Below, piece after piece: positions 1-10,172 of a DNA stretch of 64,000 bases. Below the pieces are notes generated by a model. The model was not told where the DNA came from. It did no database searches and saw nothing but the letters and a program-made list of their open reading frames with translations. The position numbers were made by a program, and so were the translations under genes. Source of the DNA: an uncultured Rikenellaceae bacterium (GTDB lineage Bacteria; Bacteroidota; Bacteroidia; Bacteroidales; VadinHA17); the NCBI GenBank assembly GCA_964611835.1, contig CAZTDW010000001.1, positions 14,033 to 78,032 on the forward strand, in the 5' to 3' direction. The number at the start of each line of letters is the position of its first letter. Positions within the stretch are counted from its first letter, which is position 1.

Positions 1-1086
1 TCCTGTTCCGACCAGGAAAGGTAATCTCCAGTTAATCATCCAGAGGGCACCTCCGAAAACAGGTATTATAACTGCGGAAATATGGTTTATCGTGAAGCCT
101 ACGGCAGTTGATGGTCCCAGATCTTCCGGATCGGCAGTTTTCTGCAGGTATGTGTTCAGTCCTATTGAGAAATTGAAAAATATGCTGTCCATAATAAAGA
201 GGCCGACAACCACCCAGACATTGCTTATAAAGGCGTATCCGAGGAAAAGCACGATGAGGCTGGCGCTTTCGAGTGTAAGGACAACCCGTTCGCCGTACTT
301 GTTCAATGCTTTGGATATCTGTGGATTCAATAGATATGTAAGAGCATAGTTAATTACGTAGATACCTGTTACCACCCTTAACCCCAGATTATATCGTTCG
401 ACAAGAAGGAAAATAGCAAATACGGTAAATATCTGGCGGCGGGTTCCTGCAAGGAAATTAAGGACGTAAAAAAGACAGTACTTCTTTTTAAATATAAGCT
501 TCTTATGCTGATGTGGCATCTCCTTTTTTACAGGATTATTGAAAAGCATGCTTATTCCGGAAAAGCTTATCAGTATTCCCAGCAGAAGGAAGGTAAACAT
601 ATAAGGAAGGATGAACGACAGCAACCAGATGGCGAAACCTACAGCTATGTTTGCCAGGGCGGTATATCCCCTCATTCTGGCAAAAACCACGGGTGATTCG
701 GTGGTGTTGAAATACTGAACAGTAAGTGATTTGTTGGTGGTTTCGAAAAAATGAAATCCGACCGACATTATGAATGTTGTGACGAGTAATCCTCCGAAGG
801 ATGTGAATATTCCGGTAAATGCAGTTCCTATTCCCAGCAGGATGACCGACCATGCCGACAACCGGTGTTCTTTGAAAAGCAGCAGAAGAAAGATTGCTGC
901 GAATGAAAGGAAACCCGGGATCTCCCTCACTGCCTGCGACACGCCTATCTGGAATCCGTTAACCCCCACTATTTCCTTTGCATAGTTTGTGAAAAGGGCT
1001 GTCCACCCCTGGAGGCCTGCATTTGCGCAGATCCCCAGTATCATAAGGTATCGGTACATCGGGTTCGACCGGAGGAGGTCCATCAT
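1..1086 (-). CDS. Multi-pass membrane transporter, MFS-like; the 3' end runs off the window
   Basis: Absent from the ORF track because there is no stop codon inside the window. My own minus-strand translation from ATG at 1086 reads MMDLLRSNPMYRYLMILGICANAGLQGWTALF...TINHISAVIIPVFGGALWMINWRLPFLVGTG and is uninterrupted to position 1. It shows repeated hydrophobic helices separated by short charged loops. The short ORFs listed for 92..1165 are out of frame or antisense to it. Confidence 0.6.
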   Translation of the reverse strand, partial: MMDLLRSNPMYRYLMILGICANAGLQGWTALFTNYAKEIVGVNGFQIGVSQAVREIPGFLSFAAIFLLLLFKEHRLSAWSVILLGIGTAFTGIFTSFGGLLVTTFIMSVGFHFFETTNKSLTVQYFNTTESPVVFARMRGYTALANIAVGFAIWLLSFILPYMFTFLLLGILISFSGISMLFNNPVKKEMPHQHKKLIFKKKYCLFYVLNFLAGTRRQIFTVFAIFLLVERYNLGLRVVTGIYVINYALTYLLNPQISKALNKYGERVVLTLESASLIVLFLGYAFISNVWVVVGLFIMDSIFFNFSIGLNTYLQKTADPEDLGPSTAVGFTINHISAVIIPVFGGALWMINWRLPFLVGTG

Positions 1087-1193
1087 TTGCTGAATAAGGC
1101 CGTAAATGTAGTACTAATTGCAATACATGTTTGGATTTTCTTGCATTTCCCGGCCTGAGGGTCAATTCCTGGTTGTTTTAAGCTGTAGTTTTT

Positions 1194-2186
1194 TCATGAG
1201 AGTTTTGCCGCCAGCTTTACCGCCTCCACCATGCTTCTTTCCGAAGCTATGCCTTTCCATGCGATCTCAAAAGCAGTACCGTGGTCGACACTTGTCCTTA
1301 CGAATGGCAGCCCGGCCGTTACATTCACTCCCGTATTGAATCCCAGTAGTTTCAGCGGAATATGTCCCTGATCATGATACATTGCCACAACAATATCGTA
1401 TCTGCCTTTCATTGCCTGAAGGAAAACCGTATCGGGCGGGCATGGACCTTCAACATTCAGTCCTTTTTCCTTCATGCTCCTTATTGCCGGCGTAATTATT
1501 TCAATTTCTTCCCTTCCGAATAATCCGTTCTCCCCTGCGTGCGGATTCACTCCGGCAACTGCTATCCGGGGTTCCCTGATGTCAAGCTTTTTCATGACAT
1601 CGTCAGCAAGCACAATTACTTTTTCAATCCTTTCCCTTTTAAGTCCGGTGACGGCTTCAAGCAAGGATAAGTGTGTTGATACATGTATAACGCTGAGCTT
1701 TCTGTCGTGAAGGAACATCGCATAATCGGTCGTTCCTGTAAGACCGGCCAGTATTTCTGTATGCCCGGGATAGTTATGTCCGGCAAGATGGAGAGCCTCC
1801 TTGTTCAAAGGTGCGGTGACTATTGTATCAATATCCTTTTTTTCAGCAAGTTCAACTGCTTTCTTTATTGCCTGGAAAGCTGCATTTCCCGATATTGCAC
1901 TTACAATACCCGGCCGGAATTCCTTCATGTCGGTAAGATGAAGATCGAGGATATTGAGAACTCCGGGATCAAAATGACATTTTCCGGTATCCTCAATTCT
2001 GTTCAATCTGAAAGGCTGAATGCCAGGCAGAACCGAAGCCGCTTTCATTACATCATAATCACCAATAACAAGTACCTTTTTGTTCCTGACAGCTGGTTTT
2101 TCAAAGCATTTAAGAATGATCTCCGGTCCAATCCCGGACGGATCACCCATTGTGATGCCGATAACAGGCTTTATTCTTCTGTTCAT
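1194..2186 (-). CDS. pdxA2: PdxA-family NAD-dependent dehydrogenase (PdxA2-type 4-phospho-hydroxyacid dehydrogenase)
   Basis: The 330-aa ORF has an N-terminus IGITMGDPSGIGPEI, plus GHTE, NPHAGE, HDQGHIP and VRTSVDHGTAF motifs typical of the PdxA family. Its start overlaps the upstream kinase gene by 4 nt. Confidence 0.85.
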   Translation of the reverse strand: MNRRIKPVIGITMGDPSGIGPEIILKCFEKPAVRNKKVLVIGDYDVMKAASVLPGIQPFRLNRIEDTGKCHFDPGVLNILDLHLTDMKEFRPGIVSAISGNAAFQAIKKAVELAEKKDIDTIVTAPLNKEALHLAGHNYPGHTEILAGLTGTTDYAMFLHDRKLSVIHVSTHLSLLEAVTGLKRERIEKVIVLADDVMKKLDIREPRIAVAGVNPHAGENGLFGREEIEIITPAIRSMKEKGLNVEGPCPPDTVFLQAMKGRYDIVVAMYHDQGHIPLKLLGFNTGVNVTAGLPFVRTSVDHGTAFEIAWKGIASERSMVEAVKLAAKLS

Positions 2187-3526
2187 TTGTCTTGTCCTTC
2201 CCTGAAAAAATTCAGGATCCTGAGAATTGCTTCCTTGCTTCCGAATCCACCGGCTTTTGTAACAACAGTGATATTCCTGAATTTTTCATCAATAAAATTG
2301 CCATATGGTATTCCCGGCTCAATTTCTTTATGAATGACAGTTCCCGATACATTAAGGGCTTTCACGGTTTTTATCGCGGTATCTCCGCCGGTAAGCAAAA
2401 TACCGTTGACAGGGAATTTCTCAATAATCTCCCTGGTCAGTTTTCCCAGAAACAATGCTATGTTCTCGCTTACTTCAACCGGAGTAAATCCTTTTTGATG
2501 ACCCTCCTCAACACTTGATCTGACGGAATCCCGCGACGGGGAGCTTCTGACTATGATATCCTTGTCCTCAGAGGAGGATTCATTGATTAAGCGAAGGATT
2601 CTCTTTATTTCCTCCGTCTCTTTTCCTGAAATAAGTTTACCTGTATCGATGTCGATAACAGACAGATGCATTTTCTTTTGAGCATGGTCTATCTGATCTC
2701 TGGTCACATTGCTTACACTGCCTGCGATAACTATGTTTATCTTTCTCCGTTTTCCCGTATTCAGGTAATGGGGCAGGGATCCGGCAAAGCCGGGAGATCC
2801 TGAAAACAGAACCCGGTCTTTCAGGGGCGCGGTTACGGAAGCGATCATATCCATATCCCTGTCATCAAGCGCATCAATAACAATGATCTCGATATTGTTT
2901 TTAACAAGCTGTATTAGTTTATTTTCAAGGGCCTGCCTTCCGGACTGAACAATCTCAAAGCTGATCAAAGCTATTGTTTTGTCGGTCTGTCCGGAAATGA
3001 TCTTTGGTATGTACGAATCCCTGACAGGAGTGCGTGGATCAGCTGATGCTTCGGTATCTTCAAGCAGTTTGCCGTTCACATAAACCATCCCGTTTTTTGT
3101 TGTTCTCCCGTTTGAAGGGAATGCAGGCACAAGTATGGTATGCCCTGTGCCAAGTGATTCCATCAGTCCCGCAATCTCGGCACCGATGTTGCCCCTGAAT
3201 GTCGAATCGATTTTTTTATAAATAAAGTCAGGCTTTTTTCTTTTCACAATCTCACCGGTTTCATAAGCTTTCCGGTAAGCAGCATCCGGTGTATCAAACC
3301 TGCTTTCAGTGTCAATTACAATAACGTCAAAATCATTCCACAAACTGTTGATTTTTTCATTATTTATTACGACAATGCTTCTCAGGTGCCTTTTGCTGAA
3401 CTGCACACCTGTATCATTTGATCCCGTAAAATCATCAGCCACAATTACTATTTTCCCTGTCTTATTTAATGAACTGTGCATCATGGCTGACAAAATGGGA
3501 TTAGTTTCATGCCCTTGAAAATGCAA
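2183..3526 (-). CDS. Four-carbon acid sugar kinase family protein (DUF1537)
   Basis: The 447-aa ORF carries the DUF1537 N-terminal signature IVIVADDFTGSNDTGVQF and a C-terminal LTGGDTA...TKAGGFG. The true start may be the internal MM (around 3484). It is translationally coupled to pdxA2. Confidence 0.8.
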   Translation of the reverse strand: MHFQGHETNPILSAMMHSSLNKTGKIVIVADDFTGSNDTGVQFSKRHLRSIVVINNEKINSLWNDFDVIVIDTESRFDTPDAAYRKAYETGEIVKRKKPDFIYKKIDSTFRGNIGAEIAGLMESLGTGHTILVPAFPSNGRTTKNGMVYVNGKLLEDTEASADPRTPVRDSYIPKIISGQTDKTIALISFEIVQSGRQALENKLIQLVKNNIEIIVIDALDDRDMDMIASVTAPLKDRVLFSGSPGFAGSLPHYLNTGKRRKINIVIAGSVSNVTRDQIDHAQKKMHLSVIDIDTGKLISGKETEEIKRILRLINESSSEDKDIIVRSSPSRDSVRSSVEEGHQKGFTPVEVSENIALFLGKLTREIIEKFPVNGILLTGGDTAIKTVKALNVSGTVIHKEIEPGIPYGNFIDEKFRNITVVTKAGGFGSKEAILRILNFFREGQDK

Positions 3527-4768
3527 TTAAAATCCGGTAAACTCATTGACCTGATTAAACATGCTCACATTTTCCTTTATCACACTGATTCCCGGTCTGT
3601 TTCTAAGTACCTTCATAACAGCTTGTGATACATACATCTCATCAAGATGCAGGGTGTCTTTTATGCGGATTATCCTTTCCTCTCCAGGCACAATGTAACC
3701 GCAGCTACGGAGTGCTATCTCTGAGGCTTCCCTGTCGCTGTCAGCTACCAGCGGGACCTTTGCTCTTTCAAGAAAATTGCTGGTCTTTATATTTGTGTAG
3801 GTAACCTGGAAGTTGATCTTATCATACAGCCTCCTGGTTATTACATCCGCCAGTCCAATACCGATGGCATTTCCATGGGAGTTTTCGGTCAGATCCGAAA
3901 TGACTATGGCCGAGATCTTTGGCGTTTCAGGCTCCTGCTGCCCGGTAATTCTTAATCTACCTATAATGTTGGGGTCAAGTCCAACGCCGCTGATATCCTT
4001 ACCTATCCTGTCGATCAGGAGAACGTCTATCCTGTCAACAGGGAATGACGGCATATTTTCTTTTGAAAGTTGGAGAAGAGCAGGCTCTTCATCAAATATT
4101 TCCCTGCTTCTCAGGGCTTTAATCAGCATCGTCTCGTCATAGGCATTTTCAACAAGTGCAATTCCCCCGATGATCTTGCCTGAAGAAAAGATCTGCCTGG
4201 CAATTTCCGGCATGATCACCGCCAGGCCATAAACCCCGTATCGATGAGCTGCCGAAGCCTGTTTCTCTTTTCCAAGGCCGATAACCGACATTTTTACGAG
4301 GCCGCTCTCATACTTACTGTGATAATCAGTATGGAGCTTGATCCTGTTGATCATTATAATACCGTCTGATCCGAAGGCGGCTTTATCCATATAGACCGGT
4401 ACGGGAGAATCACCCTGAGGAAGTTCAACCACTTCCATTGTGGCGACAACCGGAGCCCCTGTATTCTTTTCCGTGATGCCGTAACCTGCAAGTATCTCCT
4501 CCTGCCCCTCGGCTGTCGCACCTCCATGGCTACCCATGGCAGGCACAATGAAAGGAGTTGCATTTTTCGCTTTTATAAAGTCAGCGACTTCCTTTACTAT
4601 AAGCAACGCATTGCTTATCCCCCGGCTGCCTACTGCAAGGGCAATTCTTGAGCCGGGCTTTATTAGATCACTGAACTTTACAAGCTCTTTTGCAAGTTCC
4701 CCCTTTATGTCTTTCAGGGCATTGCCGGGAAAGAGCTGCTTTATCTTTGTGAACTGTATATTATCCAT
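3527..4768 (-). CDS. LarA-N-terminal-like (DUF2088-type) domain protein, function unknown
   Basis: The 413-aa ORF has an overall layout (IALAVGSRGIS...VPAMGSHGGAT...) that I recognise as the lactate-racemase-domain superfamily. I could not see canonical LarA catalytic residues by eye. It abuts the kinase gene with no gap. Confidence 0.45.
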   Translation of the reverse strand: MDNIQFTKIKQLFPGNALKDIKGELAKELVKFSDLIKPGSRIALAVGSRGISNALLIVKEVADFIKAKNATPFIVPAMGSHGGATAEGQEEILAGYGITEKNTGAPVVATMEVVELPQGDSPVPVYMDKAAFGSDGIIMINRIKLHTDYHSKYESGLVKMSVIGLGKEKQASAAHRYGVYGLAVIMPEIARQIFSSGKIIGGIALVENAYDETMLIKALRSREIFDEEPALLQLSKENMPSFPVDRIDVLLIDRIGKDISGVGLDPNIIGRLRITGQQEPETPKISAIVISDLTENSHGNAIGIGLADVITRRLYDKINFQVTYTNIKTSNFLERAKVPLVADSDREASEIALRSCGYIVPGEERIIRIKDTLHLDEMYVSQAVMKVLRNRPGISVIKENVSMFNQVNEFTGF

Positions 4769-4880
4769 TTGTGCTGCCGGTTTATTTTTGAGTTAATATT
4801 GTCAAACATTAAAAATACGAAATATAATCAAAGCTGTTAAATGCCTGCTTACGGTTCGGAAAAATACCATTTATCCCGGT

Positions 4881-6218
4881 TTACAGAATGAATATGCTCA
4901 TTACCATCACCGTCAGTGAGGCGCACAAGCCCACTGTAAGCGTACCAAGGGTCTGGAGTCTGTAACCCTGGTTGACGTTCATGCCCGAGAACTGGGTTAC
5001 TACCCAGAAATAACTGTCGTTTGCATGGCTGGCGATCATGCCTCCTGCACCCAGGGCAACGGCGACAAGCGCACGTCCGGAATCAGTATCCATACCAAGT
5101 GAACCCAGGAGAGGAGCCATCAGGCTTGCTCCGGTTATAATTGCAACTGTTCCTGAACCCTGGGCTGTTTTAAGCGCTGCGGCTATTATGACCGGCAATA
5201 ATATGCTCAGGTTACGAACTTCGGAAAGATTGTTTTTTATCACGTCCCCTATTCCGGAATTCTGCAGAACCTGACCGAAGGCGCCGCCACAGCCTGTAAT
5301 AATAATGATTGTTGCCGCACCGGTTATCGCCTCTCCCATCCATCCTGAGGTTGAGACCATATTCCGGGTCAGCTTCTGCGGAAGAAGGAAAGAAAGCAGT
5401 ACACCGATCAATAGAGCAACAACCGGTTGTCCGATAAATCCGGTCAGCAAGTAAAAAGACCCTGATCCAAACGGGGACTGCGGCAATTCCCCTACCGATC
5501 TTAAAATAATAAGTATGACGGGCACAAAGACCGGCAGAACAGCCTTGAAAAGCGGCGGTATACGTTGCGGATTAACTTCAGCAGCCGGTTCGCCGGATAC
5601 AGGTTCAAGATTTACTTTCGAAGCGATCCTGGTTGCAAAAAGCCATCCGGCCAGCATGCCAATAAAACTTACGGGAAGTCCCAGAAGAATTACCAGGCCA
5701 AGATCGGCATTCAGGATGCCGGCAGCTCCAACAGGTCCGGGTGTTGGAGGTATTATGGAATGGGTAATTATCAGTCCGAGGCTCAGAGCCATGGCTCCTG
5801 CGGCAAAAGAGATCCCGGCCTGTTTTGTAAGTGCTTTTGCAAGAGGAGCCATTATTATAAACCCGGAATCGCAGAATACGGGTATGCTCAATACATATCC
5901 GATAATGCTCAATGCCAGGGGTACATTCTTTTTACCTGTGATCCTCAGAGTACCATTGGCGAGAGCAAAGGCTCCTCCTGTCTTCTCAAGGAACTTTCCT
6001 ATTATTGATCCTGCAAGAATTACTATTCCTATAACTCCGGCAGTATTCCCGAAACCTGCGTTCACTGATTTTACTACATCCTGCAAAGACATTGTTCCTG
6101 ATAATGCTCCATATCCGAAGGCTGTAGCCAGGAGTGAGAAGAACGGGTGCCATTTAAGCCGGGCAGTGGTAAAAATTATAAAGGCGACGGAAATGACCAG
6201 CAGGATTATAAGCCACAT
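4881..6218 (-). CDS. GntP-family gluconate/acid-sugar:H+ symporter
   Basis: The 445-aa ORF is highly hydrophobic with about 12 predicted helices. GntP-like segments include FLEKTGGA, IPVFCDSGFII and HANDSYFW. It is the first gene of the acid-sugar operon. Confidence 0.8.
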   Translation of the reverse strand: MWLIILLVISVAFIIFTTARLKWHPFFSLLATAFGYGALSGTMSLQDVVKSVNAGFGNTAGVIGIVILAGSIIGKFLEKTGGAFALANGTLRITGKKNVPLALSIIGYVLSIPVFCDSGFIIMAPLAKALTKQAGISFAAGAMALSLGLIITHSIIPPTPGPVGAAGILNADLGLVILLGLPVSFIGMLAGWLFATRIASKVNLEPVSGEPAAEVNPQRIPPLFKAVLPVFVPVILIILRSVGELPQSPFGSGSFYLLTGFIGQPVVALLIGVLLSFLLPQKLTRNMVSTSGWMGEAITGAATIIIITGCGGAFGQVLQNSGIGDVIKNNLSEVRNLSILLPVIIAAALKTAQGSGTVAIITGASLMAPLLGSLGMDTDSGRALVAVALGAGGMIASHANDSYFWVVTQFSGMNVNQGYRLQTLGTLTVGLCASLTVMVMSIFIL

Positions 6219-6235
6219 ATTTTTGAAGAATTATT

Positions 6236-6243
6236 CAAATATA
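6236..6243 (-). promoter_or_regulatory. Bacteroidota-type -7 promoter element (TATATTTG) for the GntP operon
   Basis: Exact match to TAnnTTTG on the minus strand, 17 nt upstream of the ATG at 6218. Confidence 0.45.
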
Positions 6244-6378
6244 AACCAACTAAAATTATCTAAAGTCTCAGAAAATTGAGTAAAATGTACCGGTAAATTC
6301 TTTTAAACTGCAAACATTTTTCAGGATGACAAAGTTGCAGAACTTGAAAATTGGTAGGATAATTGTAAAACTTCTTTC

Positions 6379-7371
6379 ATGAAACAGTTTGATTTACCTT
6401 CAAATCTTATCGCGGTTACCGATAACCAACTGCTGGATGCCTATTCAAAAACGGTTACAGGGGTTGTAAAGACTGTTGCTCCCGCAGTCGTTCATATAAG
6501 GGTTGCAAAACAGGTCAGGGATCCGGGAACGGGGAAAACAAACGATCAATCACAATTCGGTTCGGGATTTGTGATTTCAACTGACGGATACATTGTGACA
6601 AACAACCATGTAATTGAATCCGGTAGCAGGATCATTATAACATTTTCAGATGGGTCTGAGCTGACCGGATCATTAGTTGGCACCGATCCGTCAACCGATA
6701 TTGCAGTAATAAAGGCCTATGACGGTGATTTCAAGCCATTGCAGTTTGCCAATTCGTCGTCCCTCGAACCCGGCCAGATTGCTATTGCAATAGGCAATCC
6801 CCTTGGCCTGCAGCATTCGGTAACCACTGGCGTTGTAAGTGCCATAGGACGTACATTAAGAGCCGTTAACGGGAGGCTGATTGATGATGTTATACAGACA
6901 GATGCTGCGTTAAATCCGGGTAACAGCGGCGGACCTCTACTGAATTCCGAAGGAAAGGTTATCGGAGTTAATACTGCTGTCATTTCTGCCGCCCAGGGAC
7001 TGTGTTTTGCTGTTTCCTCAAATCTTACGGCATATATTGCAGGTCAGCTTATACTTCACGGGAAGGTTAAAAGGGCTCAGCTGGGTATATCCGCACAACC
7101 TGTAAATCTTAGCCATCGTATGATTGAAGTCAATCAGCTTAAAACCAAGACAGGGGTCTATATTTTTGAGATAAGCAAAATACCCGGGATCATCAACACA
7201 GAGTTAAGAATCGGTGACATAGTTGTAGAATTTGAATCAAATCCTGTAGCCACGGTTGATAATCTTCATAAATATCTGAACGAAAATGTTATCGGCAAAA
7301 ATATCACGATCGGACTCCTTCGGGGTGGCAGGAAGCAATCTGTTACTGTGATTCCTGGTGAACTGAAGTAA
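6379..7371 (+). CDS. S1C (HtrA/DegP-like) trypsin-fold serine protease with C-terminal PDZ-like region
   Basis: The 330-aa ORF carries TNNHV (His), DIAV (Asp) and GNSGGPLLN (Ser) catalytic-triad motifs. Confidence 0.85.
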   Translation: MKQFDLPSNLIAVTDNQLLDAYSKTVTGVVKTVAPAVVHIRVAKQVRDPGTGKTNDQSQFGSGFVISTDGYIVTNNHVIESGSRIIITFSDGSELTGSLVGTDPSTDIAVIKAYDGDFKPLQFANSSSLEPGQIAIAIGNPLGLQHSVTTGVVSAIGRTLRAVNGRLIDDVIQTDAALNPGNSGGPLLNSEGKVIGVNTAVISAAQGLCFAVSSNLTAYIAGQLILHGKVKRAQLGISAQPVNLSHRMIEVNQLKTKTGVYIFEISKIPGIINTELRIGDIVVEFESNPVATVDNLHKYLNENVIGKNITIGLLRGGRKQSVTVIPGELK

Positions 7372-7462
7372 GCACCCTTCGTTTCAGACTCAATATTTTA
7401 CCATTCGGCAATATAAATCTTCGACTCAGCATATTTGATTTTTGTCAGACTTTCCATGGATC

Positions 7463-7470
7463 TATTTTTG
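7463..7470 (+). promoter_or_regulatory. -7 promoter element (TATTTTTG)
   Basis: Exact TAnnTTTG match 30 nt upstream of the ATG at 7501. It lies inside the longer 7435 ORF, which argues for the 7501 start. Confidence 0.4.
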
Positions 7471-7500
7471 TCGTGTCAGGTTAATTTAAAAATCAAAGCC

Positions 7501-8346
7501 ATGAAAAACAAAGTCAACACAATGATTAAAATGCTGGTAGCCAGCGTTTTGATTTTTTCGTTTATGACATCATCCTGTCAGAGTGAGAAAGCTCTAATTA
7601 GTAAGTATATGCAGGATCTGCCAGCCGTCAGTGCAGGCAATGAGTTGCATAAATACAGGATGACGGCTGTATATTTAAACCGTGACCTGTATGGAAATTT
7701 CACCGGTAAGACAAAAGTTACCGGAGAATATACCCGGGGTCTGAAAGATGGCGCTGTCTGCTGGAATAATGTAATTATTTCAGGTTCGGACAATATGAAT
7801 GAAGATTTCGGTATGGGTACAAAGCAGGTATATATGGAAAACTTCCGGTATTCTCCGGCAGCAGATATGCTGAAACCCGATTCTTTCAAAGATTTCCCTG
7901 CAGGGCCGGAGACCGTTCTTGCAAAAAATCTTGTATGGGATATGGGAGCAATTGAATCATTTGCCTGGGGATATACCAAAGACCTGAAAATGAATACCGA
8001 TTATACAATTCCTCAGAGCAATGAGGAGTTCGATATGGGTGGTATCGGGACTTATGCCCACAACAATATTCATTTGTGCTGGACCGGTATCTGTTCATTT
8101 AATGATGAACTGTGCGGAGTCATTGAATTCAGGGCTGTTGACAATAAAATCGAAATGTCTGTTGAACCTATAAAAACAAAGGGAACGGAACAATACTGGG
8201 GAACGATCAGGATATCGCTTGAGACAGGGCTTATAGAACATGCTGAAATGTATGGAGGAACAATACAGGAAATAGAAATAACCGGGATGGAAAACAAAAT
8301 GATCGCGAAAACAATCAGGGAACTATGGGTGGATAAAATTCAGTGA
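7501..8346 (+). CDS. Hypothetical lipoprotein
   Basis: The ORF-track entry is 7435..8346. The internal start gives MKNKVNTMIKMLVASVLIFSFMTSSCQ, a signal peptide with a lipobox-like Cys. I recognise no family. Confidence 0.6.
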   Translation: MKNKVNTMIKMLVASVLIFSFMTSSCQSEKALISKYMQDLPAVSAGNELHKYRMTAVYLNRDLYGNFTGKTKVTGEYTRGLKDGAVCWNNVIISGSDNMNEDFGMGTKQVYMENFRYSPAADMLKPDSFKDFPAGPETVLAKNLVWDMGAIESFAWGYTKDLKMNTDYTIPQSNEEFDMGGIGTYAHNNIHLCWTGICSFNDELCGVIEFRAVDNKIEMSVEPIKTKGTEQYWGTIRISLETGLIEHAEMYGGTIQEIEITGMENKMIAKTIRELWVDKIQ

Positions 8347-8366
8347 GGAACTTGTAAATTTGAAAT

Positions 8367-9416
8367 ATGGAAAAACTGAATTCTGAAAATTTTCTTGACC
8401 AGGGTAGGCCTTTTGCACATATTATCATCACTATTATTTCATTGATGGCTGTCTTATGGCTTGCCCTGATAAGCCAGTCAGGAGAATCCTTTTATTCACT
8501 GGCAGGTTTATTCATTCTTATGGTGATTCTTATAGAGACATTTATCTATATAGGCCGGCTAATATTCAGGGAACTGAAACCCGGGATAAACAGAAAAGAA
8601 TTCACCAGGATAATTCTTATACGGCTGGTATTATTCATTTTTGTCTGTTTTGCGGCTGCGTTGATAATATTTCTTTGTTACAGGCATCTCGTGACCTGGA
8701 TCACTGGAGGTAATATGTCAGAAGTTATAGGAAATTTCTTCAATGTTGAGTTCAGGCCCTGGTTTAAATCAACATTATCGGGACTGGGAATAGGTGCGGT
8801 AATTTTTCTGATAATCCAGTGGCAGGATGCACTGAAGAGGGAACAGAAACTGAAGGAGGAAAACCTTATTTTTCAGAATGAGACACTTAAAAATCAGATC
8901 AATCCTCATTTCCTTTTTAACAGCCTAAATACACTATCGGCTCTGATATCAGCAAATCCTGAAACTGCAGAACGGTTTCTGGCGAAGCTTGCTTCAATTT
9001 ACAGATATATTCTTGAGAACAGTTCAAAGGAGAAGGTACCTTTTGAAAGTGAACTTGGATTCATTAATGACTATTTTTTCCTTCAGAAGATCAGGGATGA
9101 GGATAAAATTGTCATGGAGGTTTCCATTGGCGATTCCGGGAAGTATGACATTATTCCGGTTTCTTTGCAGATACTGGTTGAGAATGCCATAAAGCATAAC
9201 ATGGCCACCCATGAAAATCCCCTGAAAATCAGCATTTATGCTGAATCGGGTTATATTGTGGTCGAAAACAACCTTCAAAAGAAGAATATTCCTGAAAAAT
9301 CAACCAGAATCGGCCTGAAAAACCTGTCGGAGCGGGTCAGGATCACAACCGGATTAGATTTGATCATCAATCAGACAACAGATAAATTCCAGGTGAAAAT
9401 ACCTCTTTTCCCATGA
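8367..9416 (+). CDS. LytS-type sensor histidine kinase (membrane-bound)
   Basis: The 349-aa ORF has N-terminal TM helices followed by NQINPHFLFNSLNTL, the His_kinase/LytS motif, and an ATPase region LQILVENAIKHN. Confidence 0.85.
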   Translation: MEKLNSENFLDQGRPFAHIIITIISLMAVLWLALISQSGESFYSLAGLFILMVILIETFIYIGRLIFRELKPGINRKEFTRIILIRLVLFIFVCFAAALIIFLCYRHLVTWITGGNMSEVIGNFFNVEFRPWFKSTLSGLGIGAVIFLIIQWQDALKREQKLKEENLIFQNETLKNQINPHFLFNSLNTLSALISANPETAERFLAKLASIYRYILENSSKEKVPFESELGFINDYFFLQKIRDEDKIVMEVSIGDSGKYDIIPVSLQILVENAIKHNMATHENPLKISIYAESGYIVVENNLQKKNIPEKSTRIGLKNLSERVRITTGLDLIINQTTDKFQVKIPLFP

Positions 9417-10168
9417 ATATACTTATTGCAGAAAATGAGAAACATGCTGCAGAAAAGCTGATCAGGCTGCTTCAGAAAATTGATTCAACTATAAGGATTT
9501 CAGGTATCACGGAAACTGTTGAGGGATCAGTGAACTGGATCCAATCCAACAACAGGCCTGACCTTATCCTGATGGATATTCAGCTTGATGACGGCCTGTG
9601 CTTCGAGATTTTCGAGACAATCAATGTCGAGATACCTGTGATTTTTACTACAGCATTCGATGAATATACACTAAGGGCATTCAAGGTCAACAGTGTTGAT
9701 TATCTTTTGAAACCGGTTGAAGAAGAAGCGCTTAGAACTGCAATTGAGAAATTCAGGAAATATCATTCTGAGAGATCAACAGGTGCTGCTGATTATGGAA
9801 AACTGTTCAGGGAATTTTCAGGCAGGCATAAATCGAGATTTCTGGTCAGGGCAGGCTCAAGATACAGATCGATACCGGTATCTGAAATCAGTCATTTCCA
9901 TATTTTGGACCGAAATGTGTTTTTAAAAGATTTCAACGGCAAGGATTACGGTATCGATTATTCCCTTGACCAGCTTCAGCATATGCTTGATCAGGATAAA
10001 TTTTTCAGGATCAGCCGGGATTGTATAATTAATATTGATGCGATAGCCCTTATCAGCAGATATTCATCGAGCAGACTGATAATATCGCTTAAACCGGAAG
10101 AAAAAAGCGAAAGGTTCATTGTAAGCCGGGATAAGGTTGCTGAATTTAAGAGATGGGCAGACGGGTGA
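9413..10168 (+). CDS. LytTR-family response regulator
   Basis: The 251-aa ORF has a receiver domain (ILIAENE...DLILMDIQLDD) and a C-terminal LytTR DNA-binding region. It overlaps the kinase gene by 4 nt. Confidence 0.85.
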   Translation: MNILIAENEKHAAEKLIRLLQKIDSTIRISGITETVEGSVNWIQSNNRPDLILMDIQLDDGLCFEIFETINVEIPVIFTTAFDEYTLRAFKVNSVDYLLKPVEEEALRTAIEKFRKYHSERSTGAADYGKLFREFSGRHKSRFLVRAGSRYRSIPVSEISHFHILDRNVFLKDFNGKDYGIDYSLDQLQHMLDQDKFFRISRDCIINIDAIALISRYSSSRLIISLKPEEKSERFIVSRDKVAEFKRWADG

Positions 10169-10172
10169 TGAA

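Noticed and set aside
5515-6279. A 254-aa plus-strand ORF, with similar long ORFs at 1683-2333, 18935-19621, 24669-25268, 27561-28247, 28148-29062, 30969-31625 and 58978-59865
   Set aside because: Each lies antisense to, or out of frame with, a gene that has strong family motifs (GntP, PdxA/kinase, the 630-aa secreted protein, radical SAM, DUF1846, SBP, CzcA). Their translations are low-complexity or Pro/Arg/Ser-rich without motifs. I treat them as shadow ORFs.
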